From: Haliotis rubra
Lineage: Eukaryota
Assembly (NCBI RefSeq): GCF_003918875.1
Contig: NW_025765148.1
Coordinates: 434,001 to 498,000 of the forward strand
Direction: 5' to 3'
Length of the DNA: 64,000 nucleotides
Positions 1-13,658 of this stretch are shown here, piece by piece (position 1 is the stretch's first letter; each line of letters starts with the position of its first letter). The translations under genes and the position numbers were made by a program. Under the pieces are notes generated by a model. It had not been told where the DNA came from and did not search any database. It was given only the letters and a program-made list of their open reading frames with translations.

Positions 1-2042
1 TTACAAGGGTTAGATCACCCTCGAAGCAGTTTACGGTTAACTACGAAAAGCGAAATGTAAAGCTTGCGCTCACTAGGCAGCCATTAAGTTGCTCGCCCGC
101 TACCGTTCTACCGTCTAGCCGTGATGACAGGGAGCAGTCCCCCTAGACACCGTCTGACCGCACTGGTACGGCCTTGTAGATACAGCGCTCTTGCTTACAG
201 GGAAGTCTTCAATTGGCATTTGATCTTTGAGGTAATTCCTTCTATTCTTTGTTTTCATATACAATATCTTCATTTGAGGCCAAGGCCAGGGAATCTGCCC
301 AAGTTATGCAATCAACTTTCCACTCGTTGCTATTTATCAGTCGATAAGGTAACTTGCACTAACAAAGGCCATAACATATATCCTTTCTAAACTGGGACAG
401 CCATCTAAATACATTAATGCTCATACTAAATTCAACTATACGGTCGATACATTTGGCGAAACTGTATAACTGACCCCATGTCCTCAATGTCGTACATAGT
501 TACGTCCCTTACCTTTGATAGGATGATAGTGCGCTCAAACGCCACATTCGCACTTACTTAAATCCTTCATTTGTCAGCAAAATATTGTGGATTTCATCGA
601 TTAAGTAAACGAGTATGACGTGCATCGCCTAGAACCTCCACACGGAACGCATGTACTGTCCAAAACGACGTGTAACGCAACACATCTATCTTCACGCCAT
701 TGCGACGTCAGTCCACTTATTCCGCTACCTTCATACTACACACACGCGTCACTGTAATATAGTAACACGTGGAAATATGTGTCGTCATGATCGATCATAT
801 AATCACCTAACCCTGGCACACACACAACCAACCACCTCCCTGCGAAGATCTGGTTTAGAACTGGTTTTCAGCAACCCATGTTTGTCGTAAGACTTGACTA
901 ACGGTATCGGGTGATCAGCTTCGTAAGCGTCATCGTTTCATGTCATCGATCGATACTCATCGTGCCTATCATAGGATTGTCAGGTGAAGACTCGATCGGG
1001 GTCAAACAATGTATAACTTCTTTGAGTGGCATTTTAGAAGTTGGGAGAAGAATTTTTTCTTTGTTACACTCAGTATATATGCACCCCTTTCTCTTCTTGT
1101 TACATTCCTGCCAGACAAAGGTACTAGAATCTGTACCCAAACGTCGCAATCACAAAATAAAAGAAGTTGTTATTCATAAATTTGTCAGTATTAACAATAT
1201 AGAACTCAAACAGACAGCACTAACACCAGTGTCTGGGATACCGCCACGCCAACATGGTCGAGGTGTAACAGTGTAGTCCCTCTCAAACGGCAAGCTGCTC
1301 AAAACTAGCGACTCGAGACTCGAGATCGAACGATTATCTTCTCAATAACCTCCACAAACTCTCGCTTTCAGACCGACGGGCCATTCCTTTATCGCCCCCC
1401 GGAGAAAGGCGATCGGTTCACGTCAACAGTAGATCTGTGACCGTCAGTGACACTTGTTTGTAGATCGTCATTCAATCATTATTCTGTGTTCAATCGAATG
1501 CTCTCTTTCTAATATGACACGCAGTTGCGAGGTTTGACTTGTTGATTGTTGTGCGAACATAATGGCGACTAAAGTACTGACAATACAGTGGTACATTGGC
1601 GCTGTATAACTGACGACATTTACTTATATATGAAAGTTATTACTGTGAAATTGGATATTATCCGATTGTATATAGTTAATCTGCTAAGTTGGGTAAATTC
1701 ATTTGCACCGCATTTCGTTAGATTCATTTTTTTCTATCCCCTGGTGCGTGGCCGAGGATTTACACCGTATTCGGAATTATTGAAGCGAGCAGGACATCGG
1801 AGCAGGTTTCTTCTGTTGTTTACAACAAACTAGTGTATGATTATCTAACAACTATGAATTCATTTACTATGAAAACACTTTTCATTAAAGTCAAGTAACT
1901 AATCGGTTGGTCGTACCTCGATAGATGCACGTTGTCAGGGTATTTAATCACGATCACGTGAACCCATCAGATCTGAACACTCTAAAATGGAGGTAAGATA
2001 AATACACTTGTCTCGAATCAACATTTCTAATTCATATTAATG

Positions 2043-2598
2043 ATAGTGGTCCCAACTNGTGGGACTCGTGTGACAGTGCCTGAGATGAAAAGTGGCCCAA
2101 CTCTCGTGTGACAGTGCCTGAGATAAAGTGTTGTGGGCACAACACTTGTGTGACAGTGCCTGAGATTACCTATAGTGGTCCCGACACTTGTGTGACAGTG
2201 TCTAGGATTAGGTATAGTGGTCCCAACACTTGTGTGACAGTGTCTAGAATTAACTATGGCTGTCCCAACACTTGTGTGACAGTGTCTAGAATTAACTATG
2301 GCTGTCCCAACACTTGTCTATAGTGTGTCTGGGATTAACTATAGTGGTCTAGAAGTGTTAGGATTAAGTATAGTGGTCCCAACACTTGTGTGACAGTGTC
2401 TAGAATTAACTATAGTGGTCCCAACACTTGTGTGACAGTGTCTAGAATTAACTATAGTGGTCCCAACACTTGTGTGACAGTGTCTAGAATTAGGTATAGT
2501 GGTCCCAACACTTGTGTGACAGTGTCTAGGATTAACTATGGTTGTCCCAACACTTGTGTGACAGTGTCTAGAATTAAGTATAGTGGTCCCAACACTTG
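2043..2598. repeat. 42-bp minisatellite
   Basis: Unit tatagtggtcccaacacttgtgtgacagtgtctagaattaac, about 13 copies, degenerate at the left end. Confidence 0.95.
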
Positions 2599-3226
2599 CA
2601 TTACATCGTGCCTGAGTTGCTCACTGGATTGTCTGGTCCAGACTACATGATTTACAAACCACCGCCATGGAGCTGGTAATTTGCTGAATATGGCGTGAAA
2701 CGAGACACAAACAAACAAATCTTCCAAGAGTATTTAGGACACGTGATTCAATATCTTACAACAGATTGGCACTGCTGGAGAAATGACAACACGTGCTATG
2801 TCACACGTGTATCGTCGTCTTGTCGCTTGTGTCTAGCCGATGGAACAGATACCTTCAACAGAGAGCATATAAACATGTCAATATATGAGGTTACTGATAG
2901 GTATTATTACAAAACGACATGATACACTGTTTAGGTCACTCATGGTAGATAAACAACTACAAGTAGGAATATTATGGAAATACCTTGACCTTTACCAGTT
3001 TATGGTATTGAGGCGACATTGACAGAATAATGCCTTCTAAAGTCCTCCAATTAATATGTTTTGTTTAGAAGCATTAGGTAGCATGATTATACCCGGCCTG
3101 ATTGCATGCATTAGTATTCAGACTAGACGCAAACCAAGTATTCATTATTACAATGCTGAGGCATATTAAAGGCAAGAATTTCATGGATGTCAAATTCTTT
3201 GGATCACGTAGACTACTAAGGACCTG

Positions 3227-3580
3227 GCCCACGTTTCGCAAAAGTCTCCTAGATTTAGAAAAATGCCTCGGAAATCTATATCTCGACATCATGTCGACAT
3301 CATCCAGAGTGTCGAGCACCTTCGACCTGTCTCAAAATTTCTCAGGTCTTCTTTGTTAACGCGTTTTAATCTCGTGCAGTGCCATAATCGTTGACGCCAT
3401 CTTTGTAGTGTTTACGACCTCCTAAAGCATTTACGACAGGTCAATCGGGGTCAGTTTTAGGCTGTTTACGGTACACTGTAAATATACGAGGTCTTTGTGA
3501 AACGGGGTAAAAAAGTAAGAGATGGTCTACGACCTGCTTTACGTGGTCGTACAGGTAAGAGGGCTTTGAGAAACGGGCCC
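3227..3580 (-). mobile_element. Internally deleted PIF/Harbinger-like transposon
   Basis: Imperfect TIRs (gcccacgtttcgcaaaag / ctttgagaaacgggccc) flanked by CTG...CTG. Minus-strand decayed ORF from ATG 3400, MASTIMALHEIKTR*QRRPEKF*DRSKVLDTLDDVDMMSRYRFPRH, resembles a Harbinger/HARBI1 transposase N-terminus. Confidence 0.65.
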
Positions 3581-3602
3581 CTGTTACCCTTCTTACACCA
3601 GG

Positions 3603-4360
3603 CGAATCCTACAGCTAAACGAATCCCACAGCTAAACGAATCCCACAGCTAAACGAATCCCACAGCTAAACGAATCCCACAGCTAGACGAATCCTACAGC
3701 TAAACGAATCCCACAGCTAAACGAATCCCACAGCTAAACGAATCCCACAGCTATACGAATCTCACGAATCTCACAGCTAAACGAATCCTACAGCTAAACG
3801 AATCCTACAGCTAAACGAATCCCACAGCTAAACGAATCCTACAGCTAAACGAATCCTACAGCTAAACGAATCCCACAGCTAAACGAATCCCACAGCTAAA
3901 CGAATCCTACAGCTAAACGAATCCCACAGCTAAACGAATCCCACAGCTAAACGAATCCTACAGCTAAACGAATCCTACAGCTAAACGAATCCTACAGCTA
4001 AACGAATCCCACAGCTAAACGAATCCTACAGCTAAACAAATCCTACAGCTAAACGAATCCTACAGCTAAACGAATCCTACAGCTAAACGAATCCCACAGC
4101 TAAACGAATCCCACAGCTAAACGAATCCTACAGCTAAACGAATCCTACAGCTAAACGAATCCCACAGCTAAACGAATCCCACAGCTAAACGAATCCTACA
4201 GCTAAACGAATACCACAGCTAAACGAATCCTACAGCTAAACGAATCCTACAGCTAAACGAATCCCACAGCTAAACGAATCCCACAGCTAAACGAATCCTA
4301 CAGCTAAACGAATCCCACAGCTAAACGAATCCTACAGCTAAACGAATCCTACAGCTAAAC
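3603..4360. repeat. 17-bp minisatellite
   Basis: Unit cgaatcc(c/t)acagctaaa, about 44 copies. Confidence 0.97.
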
Positions 4361-4704
4361 CAATGCAGGAAGGAACAGCTTCCGAATTCTGATAGTCCTG
4401 CATTGATTTCGGTCAAATCAATATTTTTATTGTTAATATCATTATGTTAATATTTGTATAGCTAATATGCTAATATTTCAATACCTCTCTTGATTTCGTA
4501 CCTTTTTGACCAAACTCGTCGTAACTATTGATCGGTCCACAAATAAGTCCCGTTCTGCAAGGACACAACTTGACCAATCCCTGTGGTTTGTGCCACGCGT
4601 AGCCAGATGCTAGATGGCACCCTGGAAACATAGAGAGGAGTTTACTTTGGGAAATATTAGTCTGATCTTAGCGATCCATCGAACCATCATCCATTGCCAA
4701 ATGT

Positions 4705-4872
4705 GAGTGAGTGAGATAGTATGGTTTTACGAAGTTTTTAGCAATATTCCTGTAATATCACTTCCGGAGACACCAGAAATGGGCTTCACACATCGTACCT
4801 ATGTGGGAGGTGAAACCCGGGTCTTTAGGGTGACGAGAGAACGCTTTAACCATGAGGCTACCCTACCGCCCC
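4705..4872 (-). mobile_element. SINE family A
   Basis: Reverse complement of the family A consensus. Confidence 0.85.
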
Positions 4873-4933
4873 CCTCTTTTTCTCAAATGTATTACCCTTC
4901 CATTCTGTTGTACCCTGTCACTACATTTCACAG

Positions 4934-5115
4934 CGTCTGTTGCACCTACTTCCACTTTCAACACCCATGTCGACACATACACCGGGAGCAGCAGCACCAC
5001 GACGACTGGAGACGGTGTTGACGCCCACACAACACTGCCTGTCCCCACACTCAGCTCCAGTATGACACCCCGTGGGGACACCCTCCACCCATGCCGTCAG
5101 CTAGGAAGAGACAAG
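4934..5115 (+). other. Candidate orphan Ser/Thr-rich coding exon
   Basis: tttcacag acceptor, AAG|gtatct donor, open frame ASVAPTSTFNTHVDTYTGSSSTTTTGDGVDAHTTLPVPTLSSSMTPRGDTLHPCRQLGRDK; no phase-compatible partner exon found. Confidence 0.3.
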
Positions 5116-5223
5116 GTATCTACTGTCACACCTACTGATGGCTTTCATACAAAAAAAATAGAGAAGTGTATTATATATCTGTTTAATGATGAGGTAATAA
5201 GAACGTGGTTAGTTCGTGGCTAG

Positions 5224-5826
5224 CCCGTGACGATCCGGGTTAAAATTGAGCAACCATGCTTGTCGTAAGAGGCGACTAACGGTATTGACATCTTTGACAC
5301 ATGTTATCGTATCCCAGTTGGGTAGATCGATGCTCATGCTGTTGATCACTGGGTTTCACAGACTCGATTACTTACAGAACACCGGAATATTGCTGGGTGC
5401 GGCGTTACACAACAAACAAATAAACAAAATGATACGAAATATTCAGAAGCTGGGAAACGAGTGATTGGCGTCGTGACCCGAGACACACAAGACGCTAGGA
5501 CGCAGTGGAACCACACAAGTCTATTGTATGTTTGTTTTTGACGCCGTATTCGGCAGAGTTCAAAGCCTTTCTGTTGTAACAGATCGAATCAAGTTATTGT
5601 ATACTCTTGGATTATTTGTTTGTTTTCTTGATGTGTAATGCCGCATTCAGCAATTTCCAGATATATGACGGTGGTCTGTAAATAATCTAGTCTGGACCAA
5701 ACAATGCAGATTGACATCTTGATCATCGATCTGCGCATGTGGGTACAATGATAAGAATTAACCAAGTCAGCGAGCTTCACCATCGATCCCGTTCGTTACC
5801 TCTTACGACAAGCATGGGTTGCTGAG
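5224..5826. mobile_element. Two SINE family B copies (+ 5224-5428, - 5620-5826)
   Basis: Match family B; further fragments at ~840-995 and ~2610-2715. Confidence 0.8.
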
Positions 5827-5977
5827 TCTATTAACTCAGCTTTACACGCAGAAGTACTGCGGAACATAATGGTTTTATCCATATTTATATATACCATGAT
5901 TTAACTTGTGATCAGATAAGATCAACATAGAACCACAAACCCTCACAAAACATAAAGATCAGATTCGTCTCGAAATA

Positions 5978-6165
5978 NNNNNNNNNNNNNNNNNNNNNNN
6001 NNNNNNNNNNNNNNNNNNNNNNNNNNNNNNNNNNNNNNNNNNNNNNNNNNNNNNNNNNNNNNNNNNNNNNNNNNNNNNNNNNNNNNNNNNNNNNNNNNNN
6101 NNNNNNNNNNNNNNNNNNNNNNNNNNNNNNNNNNNNNNNNNNNNNNNNNNNNNNNNNNNNNNNNN
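5978..6165. other. Assembly gap (N run)
   Basis: Run of n. Confidence 1.
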
Positions 6166-6551
6166 GTCTGGAAGGCAAGCTTTAACATGGTTTTAAATAC
6201 TTGAATACTTGATTTGAACAAACAAATAATATATCAAATAAGATCTGCAAAACACCTACCACAACACAGAGTAGAGCGAATGGCAACATGTCTGTTTTTT
6301 TCGCACTATGTCAGCTATCTTATCCGGGACTGGTCAGTAGTGGCCGGGACTGGTCAGTAGTGAAATCGACGGGGAGTTCACAAATACACCAGTTATGTTT
6401 TGTGACTGATCATTGTTGCTTATCTCAGATCATATCATTATCTATCTAAACAACAACCCTTGTTCAGACCGTGAGGGCTCAATACATGTACAACGTATAT
6501 AGGCAAGGAGTCGTACGGTCGTTACGTAAAATATTATCATAGTGCTTTGTG

Positions 6552-9500
6552 TGGAAGGGATACTTTTAGTTACACGACTATGTGCCATGGAGTATAGAAG
6601 GGATACTATTAGTTACACGACTATCTGCCATGTAGTATGGAAGGGATACTATTAGTTACACGACTATCTGCCATGTAGTATGGAAGGGATAGTATTAGTT
6701 ACACGGCTATCTGCCATGTAGGATGGAAGGGATACTTTTAGTTACACGACTATCTGCCATGTAGTATGGAAGGGATAGTATTAGTTACACGGCTATCTGC
6801 CATGTAGGATGGAAGGGATACTTTTAGTTACACGACTATCTGCCATGGAGTATAGAAGGGATACTATTAGTTACACGACTATCTGCCATGTAGTATGGAA
6901 GGGATAGTATTAGTTACACGACTATCTGCCATGTAGTACAGAAGGGATACTATTAGTTACACGACTATCTGCCATGTAGTACAGAAGGGATACTATTAGT
7001 TACACGACTATCTGCCATGTAGTATGGAAGGGATACTATTAGTTACACGACTATCTGCCATGGAGTATAGAAGGGATACTTTTAGTTACACGACTATATG
7101 CCATGTAGTATGGAAGGGATACTATTAGTTACACGACTATCTGCCATGTAGTATGGAAGGGATAGTATTAGTTACACGGCTATCTGCCATGTAGTATGGA
7201 AGGGATACTATTAGTTACACGGCTATCTGCCATGTAGTATGGAAGGGATACTATTAGTTACACGACTATCTACCATGTAGTATGGAAGGGATATTATTAG
7301 TTACACGACTATCTGCCATGCAGTATGGAAGGGATACTTTTAGTTACACGACTATCTGCCATGAAGTACAGAAGGGATACTATTAGTTACACGGCTATCT
7401 GCCATGTAGTATGGAAGGGATACTATTAGTTACACAACTATCTGCCATGTAGTATGGAAGGGATACTATTAGTTACACGGCTATCTGCCATGTAGTATGG
7501 AAGGGATAGTATTAGTTACACGTCTATCTGCCATGTAGTATGGAAGGGATACTATTAGTTACACGACTATCTGTCATGTAGTATAGAAGGGATACTAATA
7601 GTTACACGACTATCTGTCATGTAGTACAGAAGGGATACTATTAGTTACACGACTATCTGCCATGTTGTAAGGAAGGGATACTAATAGTTACACGACTATC
7701 TGCCATGTAGTACAGAAGGGATACTATTAGTTACACGACTATCTGCCATGTAGTACAGAAGGGATACTATTAGTTACACGACTATATGCCATGGAGTATA
7801 GAAGGGATGCTTTTAGTTACACGACTATCTGCCATGTAGTAAGGAAGGGATACTTTTAGTTACACGACTATCTGCCATGTAGTACAGAAGGGATACTATT
7901 AGTTACACGGCTATCTGCCATGTAGTAAGGAAGGGATACTATTAGTTACACAACTATCTGCCATGTAGTATGGAAGGGATACTATTAGTTACACGGCTAT
8001 CTGCCATGTAGTATGGAAGGGATACTATTAGTTACACGGCTATCTGCCATGTAGTACAGAAGGGATACCCTTAGTTACACGGCTATCTGCCATGTAGTAC
8101 AGAAGGGATAGTATTAGTTACACGGCTATCTGCCATGTAGTAAGGAAGGGATACTTTTAGTTACACGACTATCTGCCATGTAGTACAGAAGGGATACTAT
8201 TAGTTACACGACTATCTGCCATGTAGTATGGAAGGGATACTATTAGTTACACGGCTATCTGCCATGTAGTATGGAAGGGATACTATTAGTTACACGGCTA
8301 TCTGCCATGTAGTATGGAAGGGATACCCTTAGTTAAACGACTATCTGTCATGTAGTATAGAAGGGATACGAATAGTTACACGACTATCTGTCATGTAGTA
8401 CAGAAGGGATACTATTAGTTACACGGCTATCTGCCATGTAGTAAGGAAGGGATACTATTAGTTACATGACTATCTGCCATGTAGTATAGAAGGGATACTT
8501 TTAGTTACACGAATATATGCCATGTAGTATGGAAGGGATACTATTAGTTACACGACTATCTGCCATGTAGTACAGAAGGGATACTATTAGTTACACGAAT
8601 ATATGCCATGTAGTATGGAAGGGATACTATTAGTTACACGACTATCTGCCATGGAGTATAGAAGGGATACTTTTAGTTACACGACTATATGCCATGTAGT
8701 ATGGAAGGGATACTATTAGTTACACGACTATCTGCCATGTAGTATGGAAGAGATAGTATTAGTTACACGACTATCTGCCATGTAGTACAGAAGGGATACT
8801 ATTAGTTACAGGGCTATCTGCCATGTAGTAAGGAAGGGATACTATTAGTTACACAACTATCTGCCATGTAGTATGGAAGGGATATTATTAGTTACACGGC
8901 TATCTGCCATGTAGTATGGAAGGGATAGTATTAGTTACACGGCTATCTGCCATGTAGTATGGAAGGGATACTATTAGTTACACGGCTATCTGCCATGTAT
9001 TAAGGAAGGGATACCCTTAGTTAAACGACTATCTGTCATGTAGTATAGAAGGGATACTAATAGTTACACGACTATCTGTCATGTAGTACAGAAGGGATAC
9101 TATTAGTTACACGGCTATCTGCCATGTAGTAAGGAAGGGATACTATTAGTTACATGACTATCTGCCATGTAGTACAGAAGGGATACTATTAGTTACACGA
9201 CTATCTGCCATGTAGTACAGAAGGGATACTATTAGTTACACGAATATATGCCATGTAGTAAGGAAGGGATACTATTAGTTACACGACTATCTGCCATGGA
9301 GTATGGAAGGGATACTTTTAGTTACACGACTATCTGCCATGTAGTACAGAAGGGATACTATTAGTTACACGACTATCTGCCATGTAGTACAGAAGGGATA
9401 CTATTAGTTACACGAATATATGCCATGTAGTAAGGAAGGGATACTATTAGTTACACGACTATCTGCCATGGAGTATGGAAGGGATAGTATTAGTTACACG

Positions 9501-11019
9501 AATATATGCCATGTAGTAAGGAAGGGATACTATTAGTTACACGACTATCTGCCATGGAGTATGGAAGGGATAGTATTAGTTACACGACTATCTGCCATGT
9601 AGTACAGAAGGGATAGTATTAGTTACACGGCTATCTGCCATGTAGTAAGGAAGGGATACTTTTAGTTACACGACTATCTGCCATGTAGTACAGAAGGGAT
9701 ACTATTAGTTACACGACTATCTGCCATGTAGTATGGAAGGGATACTATTAGTTACACGGCTATCTGCCATGTAGTAAGGAAGGGATACCCTTAGTTAAAC
9801 GACTATCTGTCATGTAGTATAGAAGGGATACTAATAGTTACACGACTATCTGTCATGTAGTACAGAAGGGATACTATTAGTTACACGGCTATCTGCCATG
9901 TAGTATAGAAGGGATACTATTAGTTACACGACTATCTGCCATGTAGTGCAGAAGGGATACTATTAGTTACACGACTATCTGCCATGTAGTACAGAAGGGA
10001 TACTATTAGTTACACGACTATCTGCCATGTAGTATGGAAGGGATACTATTAGTTACACGACTATCTGCCATGGAGTATAGAAGGGATACTTTTAGTTACA
10101 CGACTATATGCCATGTAGTATGTAAGGGATACTATTAGTTACACGACTATCTGCCATGTAGTATGGAAGGGATAGTATTAGTTACACGGCTATCTGCCAT
10201 GTAGTATGGAAGAGATACTATTAGTTACACGGCTATCTGCCATGTAGTATGGAAGGGATACTATTAGTTACACGACTATCTGCCATGTAGTGTGGAAGGG
10301 ATACCCTTAAGCTGGTTCCCGGCTCCCTTTGCGCGCGCTATGCGAGACGGGGCCCAGCTTAGGGATACCCTTAGTTACACGACTATCTGTCATGTAGTAT
10401 AGAAGGGATACTATTAGTTACACGGCTATCTGCCATGGAGTATAGAGGGGATACTATTAGTTACACGACTATCTGCCATGTAGTATGGAAGGGATACTAT
10501 TAGTTACACGACTATCTGCCATGTAGTATGGAAGGGATACTATTAGTTACACAACTATCTACCATGTAGTATGGAAGGGATACTATTAGTTACACGACTA
10601 TCTGCCATGTAGTATGGAAGGGATACTATTAGTTACACGGCTATCTGCCATGTAGTACAGAAGGGATACTATTAGTTACACGGCTATCTGCCATGTAGTA
10701 TGGAAGGGATACTATTAGTTACACGGCTATCTGCCATGTAGTATGGAAGGGATAGTATTAGTTACACGGCTATCTGCCATGTAGTACAGAAGTGATACTA
10801 TTAGTTACACGGCTATCTGCCATGTAGTAAGGAAGGGATACCCTTAGTTACACGACTATCTGTCATGTAGTATAGAAGGGATACTATTAGTTACACGACT
10901 ATCTGCCATGTAGTATGGAAGGGATACTATTAGTTACACGACTATATGCCATGTAGTATGTAAGGGATACTATTAGTTACACGACTATCTGCCATGTAGT
11001 ATGTAAGGGATACTATTAG
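6552..11019. repeat. 43-bp satellite array
   Basis: Unit ggaagggatactattagttacacgactatctgccatgtagtat, about 100 copies with variant units; interrupted once at 10310-10360. Confidence 0.97.
10310..10360. mobile_element. 51-bp palindromic mini-element inserted in the 43-bp satellite
   Basis: agctggttcccggctccctttgcgcgcgctatgcgagacggggcccagctt flanked by direct repeat agggataccctta; related copy at 46397-46460. Confidence 0.65.
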
Positions 11020-11608
11020 GATGGCACGACACCCTTAAATCTGAAGTTCATTAGGCATTTGGCCTCAAGATACTACAGATTCAAACGGGTCTCAAGAAAT
11101 ACGGAATTAAACGGGGCCAGCTATCCCATACATTATTGATCAGTTGGTGACAGAGGCTCTGTAGCTTGAATGTTTGTATGACCTTGACCTGTCGGTGTGG
11201 ATTGTTGGTCAGAATATCAACCACTGGATTGTATACATCACGTGGCCATGTAACTGGAATACTTCTGATAACGGCGTTAAACAACCCATAAAGCAGGCAA
11301 GTCATATTTAATTACTCATTCTGGCCTGCGCATTTGATAATTTAGTTACTGATATGATCCAAGTTAAACCCGCCGAGAGGCAACATGATCTGAACAAATG
11401 AGTGAGAAAGTAATCGAGATAACTTCATGAAATGGAAGTTTAGGGGATCTAGAGGGTTTCATTTGTGCAAAACATTAAATATCTACATCGGTACTTCCTC
11501 CGACAACCTGTCGGCTTAAGATCTGTGCACACGCCCGGGCTTTAGGGATATATTTTACCAGCGCTTCAGTCATTTACTGCCGCTCATAAGAACTATAAAC
11601 CAACTTAA

Positions 11609-13405
11609 AGGGCCACTGATCCAGAGCGGTTAATGTTTCCAGCCAACAGTCTAATCACGAATTGCTGTAACCCTTGTTTGGTGGTAAACCTACACATGTT
11701 ATTTGTCATCATTCACTTGATGGTCAGTTAATGAATTTATAACAGGTATAATTAGTGATAACACCACTCAGATTACCCGACAAAGGTTCCCATTTGGCAT
11801 TTCTTGTGTCTGGAGTAAATACTCATCATTATAAATATAGGTCTAATGTGGCAAATGTATTTCATCTTATGTAATATGCGCATGGAAGTGCAGTAAGAGA
11901 AAATAACAGCTGAGTTACAAAACAAACATCGATCAAAGGATTAACCGATAACACGCCGATTGATTAATTGCTTTTATCCTGCACAGAGGATTTGCCTGAA
12001 GGTAGTGTTTATGTATGTAGATTTACTAATCTATACTGAATACACCCTGTCGTAAAGCCTCTTTGTAAAAAACAACGTCCTTTTTTCAAAGGATTAACCG
12101 CCAATACATTGATTGATTGCTCATTATTGGCTATCTAAATTACTTTAGAATGGTGGACATCATGCAATTAGTTGCCAGGTGTGCTATCTTGGGTGACCAA
12201 TGGGACTATACACCAATATGAAAAACCTGAATCGATATATCACTTTTTCGTATATTAGACTGTTAAAAGATACATGCCATGGAACAGGATTCTTTGTCAG
12301 CTGCAGATGAATGGCATCTCATTCCTTTATGTGGATATTGATATATACATTCCCCGGACAAGGTAATAGCCTGGCATTGTTGCTGTAACTTTAGTCTGTT
12401 TTAATTTTAACATTTGCATTTTGTTTTTAATTTTTTGTTATGGCATTCAACAGAATCATTTTTTTTGCCGTGAAGTGTAATGAGACAGACAACATACACT
12501 AGGTCGCACTTAGGGCGTGTGTGTGAAATATGATACACGCTGGCAATCTATAAGATGTCTAGATATTACAGTCATGTTATAAATTCACTATGTATAAGCA
12601 GATATATATTTCAACCTGTTTCAGTCTACTCATACTTGCTTGACAACGATACAAGAATCTGTATCGAAACGTCGCATCATCCGAATAAAGAAGTTGTTCA
12701 TCCATAAACTGTTGTCCTTATCTATAAGCAGATCGTGTGCATTTTATTCAATTTCAAAATGCATACAAATATGATAATAAACTAATTAGGATAATAAGGC
12801 AAAATATAAAGACATACATTGACTTCGTTATTTCAGTCGTAACATTTTTTACCACTGGCAGATGGTTAAACTTAAAAATGTTTTTGTTATCAAAATAATG
12901 CCATTTAATACAACATTAAGATTGACTAGTAGTGAACCCACGCTCACTACTCTCCCCAAGACTCCCCATGTACTTAGTTAGCCTTACTTTCAAAACAATG
13001 CTATTATATCAGGCGTCTCACCAGATTCAAGGTCAAACTATTTTAAATCAAATTCTGCATCCGTTTAGGTTAACATGTTTATAAAGTCAACATTACTATG
13101 AAATCAAAATTTTACACCAAAATCAGCATTTTTATCAAAGTGAATATTTTTTTTTTATAAGAAACCAAATTATTCATCAAAGTCTACATAATTTTACAAC
13201 AAAATCAACATAAGATTATCGAGTAAAAAAAGATTTCATCTTTGTTGATCAGTCTATACTTATACTATCAATTGCGCATGAGGGTGACGCAGCAGAGGTA
13301 ACGAACCAGTCATGAATTCTGGGATATCATCCGGGTACTCCCTGGAGAAAAACAATAACAAAAGCAACAACTAGTCCACGGAAATTGCTCTGGATCAGTG
13401 GCCCT
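11609..13405. mobile_element. Non-autonomous Kolobok-like DNA transposon
   Basis: Perfect 19-bp TIR agggccactgatccagagc / gctctggatcagtggccct, flanked by TTAA / ATAA. Confidence 0.75.
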
Positions 13406-13658
13406 ATAATGCATTCTATGTATTACCTTGTAACTATATAGCTGTCCCTATTTCGAAAGTTGGAATATTATAACTTTTTCTGCAAAGGTTTCTTCCATGA
13501 CATAGAGTTCCCAGTGGAATCGTCAGGAACGTATAAAAATATAACGTCCGCATTTTCGAATAATGAACATGCAATACTCTTCGATTTAATATAGACTTGG
13601 CTCCTTCGGATTAACGAGGCTTCTTGAGTTTCAAGGTCCGGTTAATCAGGGTATTAAA

